The notes beneath the pieces are model-generated. The model did not search any database. It was given only the letters and a program-made list of their open reading frames with translations, and had not been told where the DNA came from. Below, piece after piece: positions 39,988-50,145 of a DNA stretch of 64,000 nucleotides. Numbering within the stretch: position 1 is the stretch's first letter; each line of letters begins with the position of its first letter. The DNA comes from Deltaproteobacteria bacterium (GTDB taxonomy: Bacteria > Desulfobacterota > Syntrophobacteria > Syntrophobacterales > Syntrophobacteraceae): the NCBI GenBank assembly GCA_021813685.1, contig JAKAJS010000238.1, positions 842 to 64,841 of the forward strand. Reading direction: 5' to 3'. Both the position numbers and the translations under genes were made by a program.

Positions 39988-40782
39988 ATGCCGGTAATCA
40001 CCATCTCACGAGGCTCCTACAGCCATGGACGGGAAGTTGCGGAGAAGCTTGCGGCTAAGCTGGGGTATGGCTGCCTGTCCCGGGAGATTATCCTTGAGGC
40101 TTCCAAGCTCTTTAACATTCCCGAGATGACTCTGGTGCGCGCCGTTCATGACGCTCCTACCGCATTCGACCGCTTTTCGAATGGGAAGCAACGGTATGTG
40201 TCCTACTTCCGTGAGGCCATCTTGAACATTCTCCAGAGTGACAGGATCGTTTACCACGGACTTGCCGGCCACTATTTTGTAAGCGGTGTATCTCACGTCC
40301 TGAAGGTCAGAATTCTTGCCGACATGGAGGACCGGATTGCCGAAGAAATGCGGTGCAAATTTCTTTCGGCTCAAGATGCGAAAAGGGCGCTGGTAAAGGA
40401 CGACGAAGCACGCTTGCGCTGGGGGTATTATCTATTCGGCGTCGATACGACCGACTCGCTGCTCTACGATCTGGTGCTCAATGTCAGCGCTGTCGGACTG
40501 GACGAAGCCGTGGAGATCCTCGCGATCGCAGCGACATTGCCAAGCCTGCAGACTACGGCACAATCTCGTAAAGCCATGCGCCTTTGCCACCTCGCCGCCC
40601 GACTGCAGAACCTGCTGATGGACGAGATCCCCTCCATAGAGGTGAGCGCCCTTAACGGGGAGTTTCTGGTGGTATCCGGAGGGCACTGGTCGGAAGGCAG
40701 GAAGCTGCTCGCAAGAGTGGGCGAGTTGATCGATACGGAAAAAGAACAGGTGAGGGTCAAGCTCCAACTGTCGAATCGCTGA
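39988..40782 (+). CDS. cytidylate-kinase-like family protein, paralogue 3
   Basis: VITISRGSYSHG, IVYHGLAGH, LKVRILA, YDLVLN. Confidence 0.88.
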   Translation: MPVITISRGSYSHGREVAEKLAAKLGYGCLSREIILEASKLFNIPEMTLVRAVHDAPTAFDRFSNGKQRYVSYFREAILNILQSDRIVYHGLAGHYFVSGVSHVLKVRILADMEDRIAEEMRCKFLSAQDAKRALVKDDEARLRWGYYLFGVDTTDSLLYDLVLNVSAVGLDEAVEILAIAATLPSLQTTAQSRKAMRLCHLAARLQNLLMDEIPSIEVSALNGEFLVVSGGHWSEGRKLLARVGELIDTEKEQVRVKLQLSNR

Positions 40783-40806
40783 GTCTTTGGCAGGGAGAAA
40801 AAAGAA

Positions 40807-41640
40807 ATGAACGATCTGCGCGGGAAAACCATTGTCATTACGGGCGCGAGCCGGGGCATCGGGCGCTCCATGGCCCTGAAGTTCGCCGGCGACGGGGCCA
40901 ACCTGGTCATTGCGGCAAAGTCCTCCGAACCCCACCCGAAGCTGCAGGGCACGATCCACACGGTGGCAGAGGAAGTGCGGGCGGCCGGCGGCGATGCCCT
41001 GGCGGTGCAGGTAGACGTAAGAATAGAGGAACAGGTCCAGGCCATGGTGGAGGCGGCGGTACAAAGATTCGGCGGAATCGACGCGCTTGTAAACAACGCC
41101 GGGGCGATCAGCCTGACGCCCGTCGAAAAGACCCCCGTCAAACGCTACGATCTCATGCAGGAGGTAAACGCCCGTGCCGTCTTTGTCTGCTCACAGGCCG
41201 CTCTTCCCTACCTCAGGCAGGCGCCCAACCCGCACATCCTGAGCATGGCGCCCCCTCTCCATCTGAAAAGTGCCGGACTGCGCGACCATGCGCCCTACAC
41301 CTTGTCCAAATACGGCATGACCCTGCTGAGCCTTGGCATGGCAGAAGAATTCCGAAAATATCGCATTGCGGTCAATTGCCTGTGGCCCAAAACGATCATC
41401 GCCACCGCCGCCATCGAGTTCGCGGTTGGCGACCGGAATAGCCTCAAGGTCTGCCGGAAGCCGGAAATTGTCGCCGACGCCGCCTACCGGATCCTTACCG
41501 CCCCAAGCGAGAGCCTGACCGGACAAACCCTGCTCGACGAAGATTTGCTGAGGCAGTCGGGTATCACCGACTTCGACCGCTACGCCTACGATCCGGAGTT
41601 TACCGGCAGGCTGCACCCCGATCTCTTCCTGGACGAGTGA
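40807..41640 (+). CDS. SDR oxidoreductase (HSDL2-like)
   Basis: TGASRGIG, HPKLQGTI, NNAG, YTLSK. Confidence 0.92.
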   Translation: MNDLRGKTIVITGASRGIGRSMALKFAGDGANLVIAAKSSEPHPKLQGTIHTVAEEVRAAGGDALAVQVDVRIEEQVQAMVEAAVQRFGGIDALVNNAGAISLTPVEKTPVKRYDLMQEVNARAVFVCSQAALPYLRQAPNPHILSMAPPLHLKSAGLRDHAPYTLSKYGMTLLSLGMAEEFRKYRIAVNCLWPKTIIATAAIEFAVGDRNSLKVCRKPEIVADAAYRILTAPSESLTGQTLLDEDLLRQSGITDFDRYAYDPEFTGRLHPDLFLDE

Positions 41641-41667
41641 ACAGCCATGGCGTGCGCGTCATACCGA

Positions 41668-43005
41668 TCAATGGAAGACCGCGAGAGAAAGCAAAGCGCC
41701 GCCGAGCACGATCCACACCGTGTCCACCTTGCTGAATCGCTGCACGAAGAAGGCGCCGGCCGCCATGGCTACTGAGGGGATATCGACCAGCGTGTTGGCT
41801 GAGAGCTTTATCAATACCACCACCAGGGTTCCGATGAAGGCTGCCACGATGCCGCTGATTACCTTTTTGACGTGGACCGCCTGGCCGGCCCTTGCGTAGG
41901 GAGCAGCCACTACGGTCGTCATGGCCCAGGCAGGAAGATACATGTTTATCATCCCGGCGACTGCTCCCGGAATACCGGCCACCTTGTAGCCTATAAATAC
42001 CCCGATGATGGTCACCGGACCGGGGGTTATCAGGCTCAACGCCAATGCGACCGCAAACTGCGAGTTGGTGAGCCAGCCGAATTGAGTGACCACCGTGTTT
42101 TGAATGAAGGGGAGCATGGCGTAACCGCTTCCGAAAGTGAGAGCGCCGATTCGCAGGAAACTGCTCCCCATCCGCATTATCTCGGGCCGCAGGCGAATGA
42201 GCGCCAGATCGGCTGCAAAGAGCGAGGCCAGCAGGAAAATCAGCAAAGCCATGTCGCGCCACCCTGTGGGTAAAGGCGCCCGGCGGCATGCCGAGAGGAA
42301 ATCGGATGCGCTTCGAGATTGGTGATCGGGCGAACGGGAAGAAACAGCATTATTCTTTTTCAACCCTTTCCAGTCTCCCGCCCAACGTGCGAAAGCGGGA
42401 AACCGAGATTCGAGCAAAACCATGGCAAGACTTGCACCACAGGCGATGAGAAGAATCCCGATAATTCCCAGGTGGAACCAAAAGACCATTGCGAAACCGG
42501 AAACGGCTAAAAGGCAATTGAAAGGGGTCCTTACGCCGGATCTCCACAGGTTGAGAATCGTATTGAAGACAAGGCCGATTACCAGTGCGCCCAGACCGCG
42601 GAAAAGCCCTGAAACTACGGCCATCTCGCCATAGTGAAAGTAGAGATAGGAAAGGAAGAGCATTAGCAGAAAGCAGGGGGTCAGAAAGCAGACGGTGGCC
42701 ACCGCCGCCCCGGGAAGCCCTCGAAGCCGAAAACCCAAATAGGACGAAAGATTTACCGTAGGCGCGCCCGGCAGGAGCTGAGCAAGCCCAAGCCCTTGCA
42801 AGTATTCCTCGGCGGTGAACCACTTTCTTTTTGTCGTCATCCACTCCTTGGCCTCTCCCAGGGCGGCCAGGCTGAAGGATGCCAGGCCAATGCCAAGAAA
42901 TGTTCGGGCAAGGAGCCAAAGGGTTACCCTTGATTCATCCGGCGACTCAATGGGTCTCTGAGCGTTCTTTATCGCATCTGTGCCCGGTCTATCCATCGGC
43001 TTCAT
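41668..43005 (-). CDS. chrA: chromate ion transporter (long-chain CHR)
   Basis: AQLLPG, FGSGY, SLITPGP twin-domain signature. Confidence 0.9.
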   Translation of the reverse strand: MKPMDRPGTDAIKNAQRPIESPDESRVTLWLLARTFLGIGLASFSLAALGEAKEWMTTKRKWFTAEEYLQGLGLAQLLPGAPTVNLSSYLGFRLRGLPGAAVATVCFLTPCFLLMLFLSYLYFHYGEMAVVSGLFRGLGALVIGLVFNTILNLWRSGVRTPFNCLLAVSGFAMVFWFHLGIIGILLIACGASLAMVLLESRFPAFARWAGDWKGLKKNNAVSSRSPDHQSRSASDFLSACRRAPLPTGWRDMALLIFLLASLFAADLALIRLRPEIMRMGSSFLRIGALTFGSGYAMLPFIQNTVVTQFGWLTNSQFAVALALSLITPGPVTIIGVFIGYKVAGIPGAVAGMINMYLPAWAMTTVVAAPYARAGQAVHVKKVISGIVAAFIGTLVVVLIKLSANTLVDIPSVAMAAGAFFVQRFSKVDTVWIVLGGALLSLAVFH

Positions 43006-43172
43006 TTACCTCGCTCCCGGCAGCTGTGAAGATCCAGGGGGATACTACCCTCAGGATGCACGCCAAGCAACCATTTATGTAATGCACCATGGGGGCGCTA
43101 TCTCGCCGGGAGCGGCCTTCGGCGGCATGACGGTTCTTCCATAATCCCCGCCACACGGGGGGGGAGCGTGCG

Positions 43173-43790
43173 CTATGAGCGCCCCCCCCGGCGGTAGTTT
43201 CTCAAAAGCCCCACGACCACCCCGACAAGCTCCACCTCATCGGCTGCTACGCGGATAGGCTTCATGGTCTCATTGGCGGGGCGAAGCTCGATTTCCTTCC
43301 CGTGGCTGTAGAAATTTTTGACCGTCGACTCCCCGTTTACAAGCGCTACCACCGTTTGCCCGTTTTCGGCCCGGGGCTGCCTCGTGATAATCAGGATGTC
43401 GCCGTCGCGGATTCCATCGTCGATCATGGAATCTCCCCTGACCCGCAGGGCGAAATTGGTTCCGTTCCCCAGGAAAGTGTCGGGCACCTCGATCGATTCG
43501 GGGATCTCGACGGCCTCGATGGGCGTTCCGGCCGCAACCACCCCGAGAAAAGGAATCGCTTCGCTGCCGGAGTGAACCGGCACGAGTTCCAGGGCGCGTT
43601 TGCTGTTCTTGCGGGCAATCTTGAGAAAGCCCCTTTCCTCGATCTGCTTCAGGTGCTTAAAGACAGCGTTCAAAGACTGAAATCCGAGACCGCTTCGGAT
43701 CTCTTCATACGAGGGCGCATAGCCGTGCCGGTCCATATAGTCCTTTACAAACCGGTATACCCGGTCCTGCGCCGGAGTGAGTCCGACCAT
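43173..43790 (-). CDS. lexA: SOS repressor LexA
   Basis: LT..Q, YAPSYEEI winged helix, VAAG cleavage site, GDSM, TVK. Confidence 0.96.
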   Translation of the reverse strand: MVGLTPAQDRVYRFVKDYMDRHGYAPSYEEIRSGLGFQSLNAVFKHLKQIEERGFLKIARKNSKRALELVPVHSGSEAIPFLGVVAAGTPIEAVEIPESIEVPDTFLGNGTNFALRVRGDSMIDDGIRDGDILIITRQPRAENGQTVVALVNGESTVKNFYSHGKEIELRPANETMKPIRVAADEVELVGVVVGLLRNYRRGGRS

Positions 43791-43813
43791 GGAATAACCT
43801 CCTTGGCAGCAAA

Positions 43814-44449
43814 TCAGCAGAGGCAGCCAAGCTGCGCCGCTTTCTCCCGCAGGGATCCTAGAAAATGCAGATCCGCAGGCGAAGCGCTTTTCCCCTTCTC
43901 CTGGATGAACCTGATGAGATCCAGGATCTTTAGAGCCCGCGGTGAGACGGCCTTTTCGCCGCTCGGTTGCACGCCTTGCCCCCTGGCCCGCAGAAACTCT
44001 TCGCCGGAGGCAAAGACCTCACCCTGCCAGAAGTCCTTGTAGACTGTCGCCGAGCCTTCATCGATGCGCCGCGCCGTCTCGGAGATGTTGACGCAGGCCT
44101 GCTCCACCGGTGTTCGGAAGCGATAGCCCCGGACGCCCCTTTCGCCAAGATAGCCAAATGGCGCTGCAAGCTCATGATCGAAGCAGTAGGACCGCTTGAA
44201 GAAGGGCCACTTGAAAATCGGCGCCCCCGGCTCCGGAAAACCACTTTTCCCAACCTGCACAACGAACTGCGGAAACTCCTCACTCTCCTCCCATTCCCTG
44301 CGGGCGCTTCGTACAGCAGCCTCCACCAGCATTTGCGAATCCTGCGCGAGGGCGTTTTCAACGGCCGGCTGGAGAAACCGTACGGTCTTTACGTGCAGGG
44401 AAAGCACCTCCACCGATCTTCTTTTTACGACGTACAGGTCCACGCTCAT
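43814..44449 (-). CDS. hypothetical protein upstream of lexA
   Basis: 211-aa ORF with GGAG RBS, 23 bp upstream of lexA, same strand. Confidence 0.75.
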   Translation of the reverse strand: MSVDLYVVKRRSVEVLSLHVKTVRFLQPAVENALAQDSQMLVEAAVRSARREWEESEEFPQFVVQVGKSGFPEPGAPIFKWPFFKRSYCFDHELAAPFGYLGERGVRGYRFRTPVEQACVNISETARRIDEGSATVYKDFWQGEVFASGEEFLRARGQGVQPSGEKAVSPRALKILDLIRFIQEKGKSASPADLHFLGSLREKAAQLGCLC

Positions 44450-44533
44450 CTTTTTTCTCCGAACAGTTTCCGATTCCGTTCACAGCCGGCCGGGGCCTCT
44501 CATTTGACTGGTGGCGGGCGGTCGGGGTGGTGG

Positions 44534-44567
44534 GGTGAATATAAGGTGAATATGCGGCCGCTGTCAA
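44534..44567 (-). promoter_or_regulatory. sigma70 promoter overlapped by candidate LexA operator
   Basis: - strand TTGACA (44567-44562) N18 TATATT (44543-44538); perfect 9-bp direct repeat GGTGAATAT at 44534 and 44545 (ATTC-N7-ATTC on - strand). Confidence 0.7.
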
Positions 44568-44675
44568 ATTTTTTTTTGCTCCAGTGCGCGAAAAAAAGAA
44601 GAGCGCAAATGCAAAAAAGAGTAAGGGAAAAGCGGATTTTTTCCGATAGTTCTATCGAGGAGAAATCATGCTGCC

Positions 44676-44849
44676 ATGAAAACCATTGACGAAATAGCCT
44701 TGCAGATGAATTTACTGGCTCTTAACGCCGCCGTGGAAGCCGCGCATGCGGGTGAAGCCGGGGCGGGCGTTATTGCCGCGCAAATCCGGAACCTGGCGAT
44801 GAGAGTTGCCGATGCGGCGGCGGCTCCCGAGTCGCTGGGTGTCAATTGA
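44676..44849 (+). pseudogene. isolated methyl-accepting chemotaxis protein signalling tip
   Basis: [42 protein letters not shown]; only 57 codons; small deletion in GFAVVA. Confidence 0.75.
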
Positions 44850-44882
44850 TTATTGTTGATTGCCGGTTGTTGCGGGCGTCAA

Positions 44883-46628
44883 TCACCCCGTGCTTTCCTC
44901 GCCTTTTTCCGGGGTGAGGATACCGGATTTTTCGAGCATGGCGGCGCCTCCCATGACGTTTGCGGTGTTGGTGATCCCCGCTTTGGCAAGGCGTCGCACC
45001 GCTTCATAGGACCTTGCTCCCGAACTGCAGACCACAAGCAGCCGCTTGTCTTTTGGCACCTCATCTTTTCTCTTTTCCAAAGCATCCTGGGGAATGTTGA
45101 CCCATCGATTGCCGAAGCGTTTGACAAAGGGGGCGGCTTCGGTCGGTTCTCTGACGTCGAGGCAGAGGCAGTCCTTACTCTCATCGACCAGGAAACACTT
45201 TTCGAACTCCTCGGGGCGTAGCGGCCGGCTGAGACCGTCCAGGATGTTTTCGGCCGTGTTTCCGGCCGCATTGACAATGTCCAGGGCCGAGGCAAAGGGC
45301 GGGGAGTAGGCTATTTCGAGATTGGAGATGGCCTCCACGGTAGCTCTGTCGAGAAGGGTTGCGCCAATGGCGTTTATCCTGCCGGTGACCGCATCTCCGT
45401 TGGCTCCCACGGCCTGGGCGCCGAGAATGCGCCGGGTCTTGCGGTCGACCGTCAGTTGCAGGTAGATCACGTCGTGGGTCGGGTAGAAGTGCGCCCTGTC
45501 GGCCTGGACGACGATAACGGACTGCGCGTCGAACCCGTTGTTCAAAGCTGCTTGATACGTCAGGCCCACGGAGGCGACGGAGAGATCGAAAATCTTTATG
45601 GCGAAGCTGCCCACCGTGCCGTCGAACCTGGCCAAGCCGCCGGCGAGGTTTGTCCCGATGACCCGGCCCTGCCGGTTTGCAAGCGAGCCCTGCGGGAAAT
45701 AGACGGGTTTTCCCGTAATCAGGTTCGGAATTTCTATACAGTCACCGCCCGCATAGATATTCGGATCGGAGGTCTGGAGTCTTACATTTACGACTATCGC
45801 CCCCGAGGGCGCAACGAGGAGCCCGGCTTCCCGGGCGAGTCTGGAATCGGGGTGCACGCCTACCGCCGGAATCACGATCTGGGCCTCGATCGGCGCCTCC
45901 TCGGACACCTGCACTTCGAGGAGGCCGTTTTCGCCCTTTTTTCGTATTTCGCTCACCCTGCGCCCCAGATGGAGACGAACGCCTTTTTCTTCCAGATGTA
46001 CCCGAACGGTTTCGGCAAGCGCGTGGTCGAGCGCTCCGGGAAGAACATGGTCGGCCATCTCGATAATGTGGGTTTCGATCCCCCAAAGGTCTGCGAGCGC
46101 CTCGGCCATTTCACACCCGATCGGTCCTGCGCCGATGATGACGGCCCTGCTCACCTCTCCTTTGGAAAGTTTGTTCTTCACCGTAATGGCGGCGTGAAGG
46201 TCTGTCACCGTGATCACCCCCGGCAGATCGATGCCTGGAATAGGAGGCCTATTGGCAGCACTTCCCGTGGCGATCACCAACGAGTCGTAGGGAAGGTCCT
46301 CTTCCACGCCGGTTGGAAGGTCCAATACCCGCACCACCTTTTTCGCCCGGTCGATGGAAAGCGCCCGCGTTCGGGGCCTCACCCGGACATCCTTGGAATC
46401 GCGGAAAAACTCCGGCGTTCTTTCCTTGTGAAAGCTCGTGCTCATCAGCTCCTCGACGTCGCTGATGTCTCCGGAGATGAAATAGGGGATTCCGCACCCG
46501 CCGTAGGAAATGTATTCGTCCTGGTCGATGATGGTCACATCGCTTTCCGGATCGAGCCTTTTGAGACGGCATGCCGCCTTTGGCCCAAGGGCTACCCCAC
46601 CGATTATCACCACTTTTTTTACACTCAT
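44883..46628 (-). CDS. FAD-dependent CoA-disulfide/persulfide reductase-like protein with rhodanese domain
   Basis: IIGG, SYGGCGIPY redox Cys, GAGPIG, IYAGGD, YSPPF, C-terminal DVRE...CSSGARS. Confidence 0.9.
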   Translation of the reverse strand: MSVKKVVIIGGVALGPKAACRLKRLDPESDVTIIDQDEYISYGGCGIPYFISGDISDVEELMSTSFHKERTPEFFRDSKDVRVRPRTRALSIDRAKKVVRVLDLPTGVEEDLPYDSLVIATGSAANRPPIPGIDLPGVITVTDLHAAITVKNKLSKGEVSRAVIIGAGPIGCEMAEALADLWGIETHIIEMADHVLPGALDHALAETVRVHLEEKGVRLHLGRRVSEIRKKGENGLLEVQVSEEAPIEAQIVIPAVGVHPDSRLAREAGLLVAPSGAIVVNVRLQTSDPNIYAGGDCIEIPNLITGKPVYFPQGSLANRQGRVIGTNLAGGLARFDGTVGSFAIKIFDLSVASVGLTYQAALNNGFDAQSVIVVQADRAHFYPTHDVIYLQLTVDRKTRRILGAQAVGANGDAVTGRINAIGATLLDRATVEAISNLEIAYSPPFASALDIVNAAGNTAENILDGLSRPLRPEEFEKCFLVDESKDCLCLDVREPTEAAPFVKRFGNRWVNIPQDALEKRKDEVPKDKRLLVVCSSGARSYEAVRRLAKAGITNTANVMGGAAMLEKSGILTPEKGEESTG

Positions 46629-46784
46629 CGGATTTCCTCCCACCCAGCGCACCACTCAGGGTATTCCACAGGCCTGCGGTACGGTGCTGCTATGACGAAA
46701 CGGATTATGCATGTAACGTAAGAAACGCAAAGGATGGCTTCAAGGATTGCGAAAAGTTTGCAGGAAATATTCTTTTTGGAAAAA

Positions 46785-47699
46785 TTATGGGGCATTCTTT
46801 TTAAACGTCTGATATTGCGCTGTAAAGGAGTCTATTGCCATTTTCATGAAAGTCTCCAGTGCTGGAGAGCACCATTTATCCTTGTGCCGGATCATCAGAA
46901 TTCCGGTTTCCAAATCATCGGCCCAGGTCACCCTCACTATTCGCCCGTCTCTTATTTCCGTGCGCACGGCGATCTCCGGGATAACAGTTATTCCGATTCC
47001 CGCCATTATTGTCTGTTTTATGGCCTCGATACTGTTCATTTCCATCACGGTGGTCGGTGTCACCCTTTCGGCCGCCATGGCCTGTTCGAACTCCATTCGG
47101 TATCCGCAGTCATTTTTAGGCAAAAGGATCACCTGACCCTGGAGGTCTTTGAAGTCGCTACGTTCGCAAGCTGTCAACGGGTGACCCGGATAGGTGACCA
47201 TCGCCAGGGGTTCGCTACCCAAAAAAACCGCCTCCAGATTCTTTCCGCTGATGGTGTCCGCAAGCAGAAACGCAAGGTCCACCGTGCCGATTCGGAGTTC
47301 GTTTTCCAGCGAATGCACGGCGCAGCTGGTTATGTCCAGCCGCACCCCGGGAAAACGCGGTTGATATTCCCTCAGGATGGAAGGCAGGTAATAGGTGGCG
47401 ATGGTCTGAGGCATCCTCAAGGTCAGAAGGCTTGATGCCGGGTTTTTGCCGGCAATCTCGGCCAGCGCCTCATCCCTGATTGCCAGAAGTTTATCGGCAT
47501 AGAGGAGCATTTTTGCCCCCGCCTCGGTGAGCCGAAAGGACTTGCCGATGCGCGTGAATAGGTCGACCCCTATTTCGTTTTCAAGCGTTTTTATCTGGGC
47601 CGAAACCGTCGACTGCGCATAGTTGAGGACCTCGGCGGCCTGGTTGAAGTTCATAAGGGTCGCCACGGTTCGAAAGGTTCGCAGGCGCTGGAGGTCCAT
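46785..47699 (-). CDS. LysR family transcriptional regulator
   Basis: FNQAAEVLNYAQSTVSAQIKTLE HTH, LTEAG. Confidence 0.95.
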   Translation of the reverse strand: MDLQRLRTFRTVATLMNFNQAAEVLNYAQSTVSAQIKTLENEIGVDLFTRIGKSFRLTEAGAKMLLYADKLLAIRDEALAEIAGKNPASSLLTLRMPQTIATYYLPSILREYQPRFPGVRLDITSCAVHSLENELRIGTVDLAFLLADTISGKNLEAVFLGSEPLAMVTYPGHPLTACERSDFKDLQGQVILLPKNDCGYRMEFEQAMAAERVTPTTVMEMNSIEAIKQTIMAGIGITVIPEIAVRTEIRDGRIVRVTWADDLETGILMIRHKDKWCSPALETFMKMAIDSFTAQYQTFKKNAP

Positions 47700-47719
47700 C
47701 CCGATTCTCTCCTCGTATA

Positions 47720-47734
47720 ATCGAATTTTACGAT
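47720..47734. promoter_or_regulatory. LysR recognition site (T-N11-A)
   Basis: Palindrome ATCG-N7-CGAT between divergent lysR and osmC-like gene. Confidence 0.7.
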
Positions 47735-47865
47735 AAGGTTATGCAAACAATTCATTGGACGCGCCGATGGGACGTTCATTACTCTATATATACTGGAATT
47801 TACGCTTTGCAAGTACTAACCATAAATGGCGATTGATCGTTTGGCCACGCAGAGAGGAGTCGAAA

Positions 47866-48336
47866 ATGAATCCGAAGGAAACCGCCCCGGCGGGCAGGCT
47901 GGAACCGATCCACGTTGCGGCGACTGTGGCAGCAGGCCCGGGGCGTCGGATGGTTGGCAGGGCAGGCGATCACGAGATTGTCATGGATGTAAGCCAAAGA
48001 CATGGGGGCGAGGGCGCGGGACCGACTCCGCCGGAATGTCTGGCCATGGCTCTGGGGGGATGCATGGTAAATATCTGTCGCATCATTGCGATGCAGAAGG
48101 GAATCGCCCTTGGTGAACTCAGGGTATCGATTGCCGGAGATATCGACCCATCGAGGGCAATGGGCATTGCTGCAGACGAGAGGGCGGGGTTTTTGGGTCT
48201 GTCGGTGGAGGTTGAGACGCCCCCCAGTGTCAGTGAGAGCGAAAAGGAGGCTTTTCGCCTGGAGCTTATCGAGCGATGCCCGCTCTGTGATACGATCGGT
48301 TGCCCCACACCCCTGCGGATCGTGTTCGTAAATTAG
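47866..48336 (+). CDS. OsmC/Ohr family protein
   Basis: GPTPPE...ALGGC...RCPLCDT; GAGGAG RBS. Confidence 0.9.
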   Translation: MNPKETAPAGRLEPIHVAATVAAGPGRRMVGRAGDHEIVMDVSQRHGGEGAGPTPPECLAMALGGCMVNICRIIAMQKGIALGELRVSIAGDIDPSRAMGIAADERAGFLGLSVEVETPPSVSESEKEAFRLELIERCPLCDTIGCPTPLRIVFVN

Positions 48337-48734
48337 GAAGCGTTTCGGGATTGGGGACGGCAGCGGCCGGGCATATCTCGGAGATAATGATTTTTCCCGG
48401 GTATGCCTTGATCCGACTGCCGTTTTCTTCTGTTTCCGCGTGCGTACAACCAAGTCCGGCCATGTAGACGGCGCTGATAAAGATTAGCTTTATCTTGTAA
48501 GGCATGGCGTTTGTCAAACGCACAGTCTATCTGAAAAGTGAGAGTTTCGGGTATGGACACGCGGTCAATGATCATTACTTTTGGACACATATTGTCATCA
48601 CCCTTGACCCTGTTTGCAGCGGTTCCGGCAAGCAGGCGATTCTGAGTGTTTTTTCTTTTTTCCGCGAGCAATCGATTCGGCAACAACTGAGGTTCGGCGA
48701 TTGATCTTCCCCAGCCGGAAGGAGATTTTTTCGC

Positions 48735-49012
48735 ATGCATGTCCTCGTAACCGGGGGGGCAGGATTTATCGGATCATTGATTGCCGATGAACTGTGGTCG
48801 GGTATGGATATCGTGTTCGGGTGCCGGACAGCCTGGTTGAACGCTCTTCTACGCTCCGTTCTACCGCTTATAAATCGATTCGGGGTATCCGGAGGAGATG
48901 GCGCGCCGGGCGAGAGTCCGCGGTCTTTCCTACACGCCCGAAAGGATGGCCGCAGGGTATGTGGAAGTGTACCGGGAGCTTTTGCATGGCGCATCGGAGG
49001 GCAACTGAATGA
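48735..49012 (+). pseudogene. fused relics of an NAD-dependent epimerase N-terminus and a GT4 C-terminus
   Basis: MHVLVTGGAGFIGS then loses similarity; another frame gives ARRARVRGLSYTPERMAAGYVEVYRELL. Confidence 0.6.
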
Positions 49013-50145
49013 AAATAGCGATGTTTTACCATTCTCTCGTATCGGATTGGAACCACCGCAATGCCCATTTCCTGCGGGGGATCGTCTCCGAGCTTCTTTC
49101 GCGCGGCCATGAAGTCGAGGTATACGAACCGGCCAACGGGTGGAGTCTTCGGAACCTGCTGGACGAACATGGAGTGGAACCGATCCGCAGGTTTACGCAA
49201 AGCTACGGGTTGAGCAGCAATCTGTATGATCCGGCGACCCTCGATTTGGACGAGGCACTCGACGGCGCCGACCTTGCAGTCGTTCATGAGTGGAATGACC
49301 ACGATCTCGTAAAACGGATCGGTGCTCATCGAAACGGCATGAAGAGCTACAGGCTCCTGTTTCATGACACGCACCACCGCTGCGTGACCGATCCGGAAGC
49401 AATCGGTGCCTATGATTTGCGCCACTACGACGGTGTGCTGGCCTGCGGCCGGGTAATTCGCGACATCTATCTCGAAAAATCCTGGGCTCGCAAGGCCTGG
49501 ACCTGGCACGAGGCTGCCGATACGAGGGTATTTCACCCGCTGTGTCTTGCGGAGAGCGAAAAGGCCGGTCAGGTTGTCTGGATCGGCAATTGGGGAGATG
49601 AAGAAAGAACGGCCGAACTGAGGGAGTTCTTCATTGAACCGGTAAGAGAACTGAAGCTCAAGGCGCAGGCTTACGGCGTGAGATATCCCGAGTATGCGCT
49701 CGCAGCTCTTGCGGAGGCGGCAATAGACTACAGGGGCTGGATTGCAAACTACCATGTGCCAGAGGTCTTCGCCCGTTTCCGGGTAACGGTGCACATTCCC
49801 CGCCGTCCCTATGTCGATCTGCTTCCGGGCATCCCGACTATCAGGCCGTTTGAAGCCCTCGCCTGTGGTATCCCGCTTGTCTGTTCCCGGTGGGAGGATG
49901 TCGAGGGCCTTTTTTACCCGGGGCGCGACTACCTTGTGGCGCGCAGCGGAAGGGAGATGAAATGCCACCTCGAAGCTGTTCTGCATGACCCGGGGCTTGC
50001 GAGCGATCTGGCATCAAGTGGGCTTCGAACTATCCTTTCCCGCCACACCTGTTCTCATCGTGTGGAAGAACTTCTGCGTATTTACAACGAATTGGAAAAG
50101 GAACCCAATGACCGGGAGAAAGGGCCGCATGTCCGCAGGCCGTAG
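49009..50145 (+). CDS. CgeB-like glycosyltransferase
   Basis: HSLVSDWNH.NAHFLRG, HDTHHR, GNWGDEER, PTIRPFEALACG. Confidence 0.88.
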   Translation: MKIAMFYHSLVSDWNHRNAHFLRGIVSELLSRGHEVEVYEPANGWSLRNLLDEHGVEPIRRFTQSYGLSSNLYDPATLDLDEALDGADLAVVHEWNDHDLVKRIGAHRNGMKSYRLLFHDTHHRCVTDPEAIGAYDLRHYDGVLACGRVIRDIYLEKSWARKAWTWHEAADTRVFHPLCLAESEKAGQVVWIGNWGDEERTAELREFFIEPVRELKLKAQAYGVRYPEYALAALAEAAIDYRGWIANYHVPEVFARFRVTVHIPRRPYVDLLPGIPTIRPFEALACGIPLVCSRWEDVEGLFYPGRDYLVARSGREMKCHLEAVLHDPGLASDLASSGLRTILSRHTCSHRVEELLRIYNELEKEPNDREKGPHVRRP

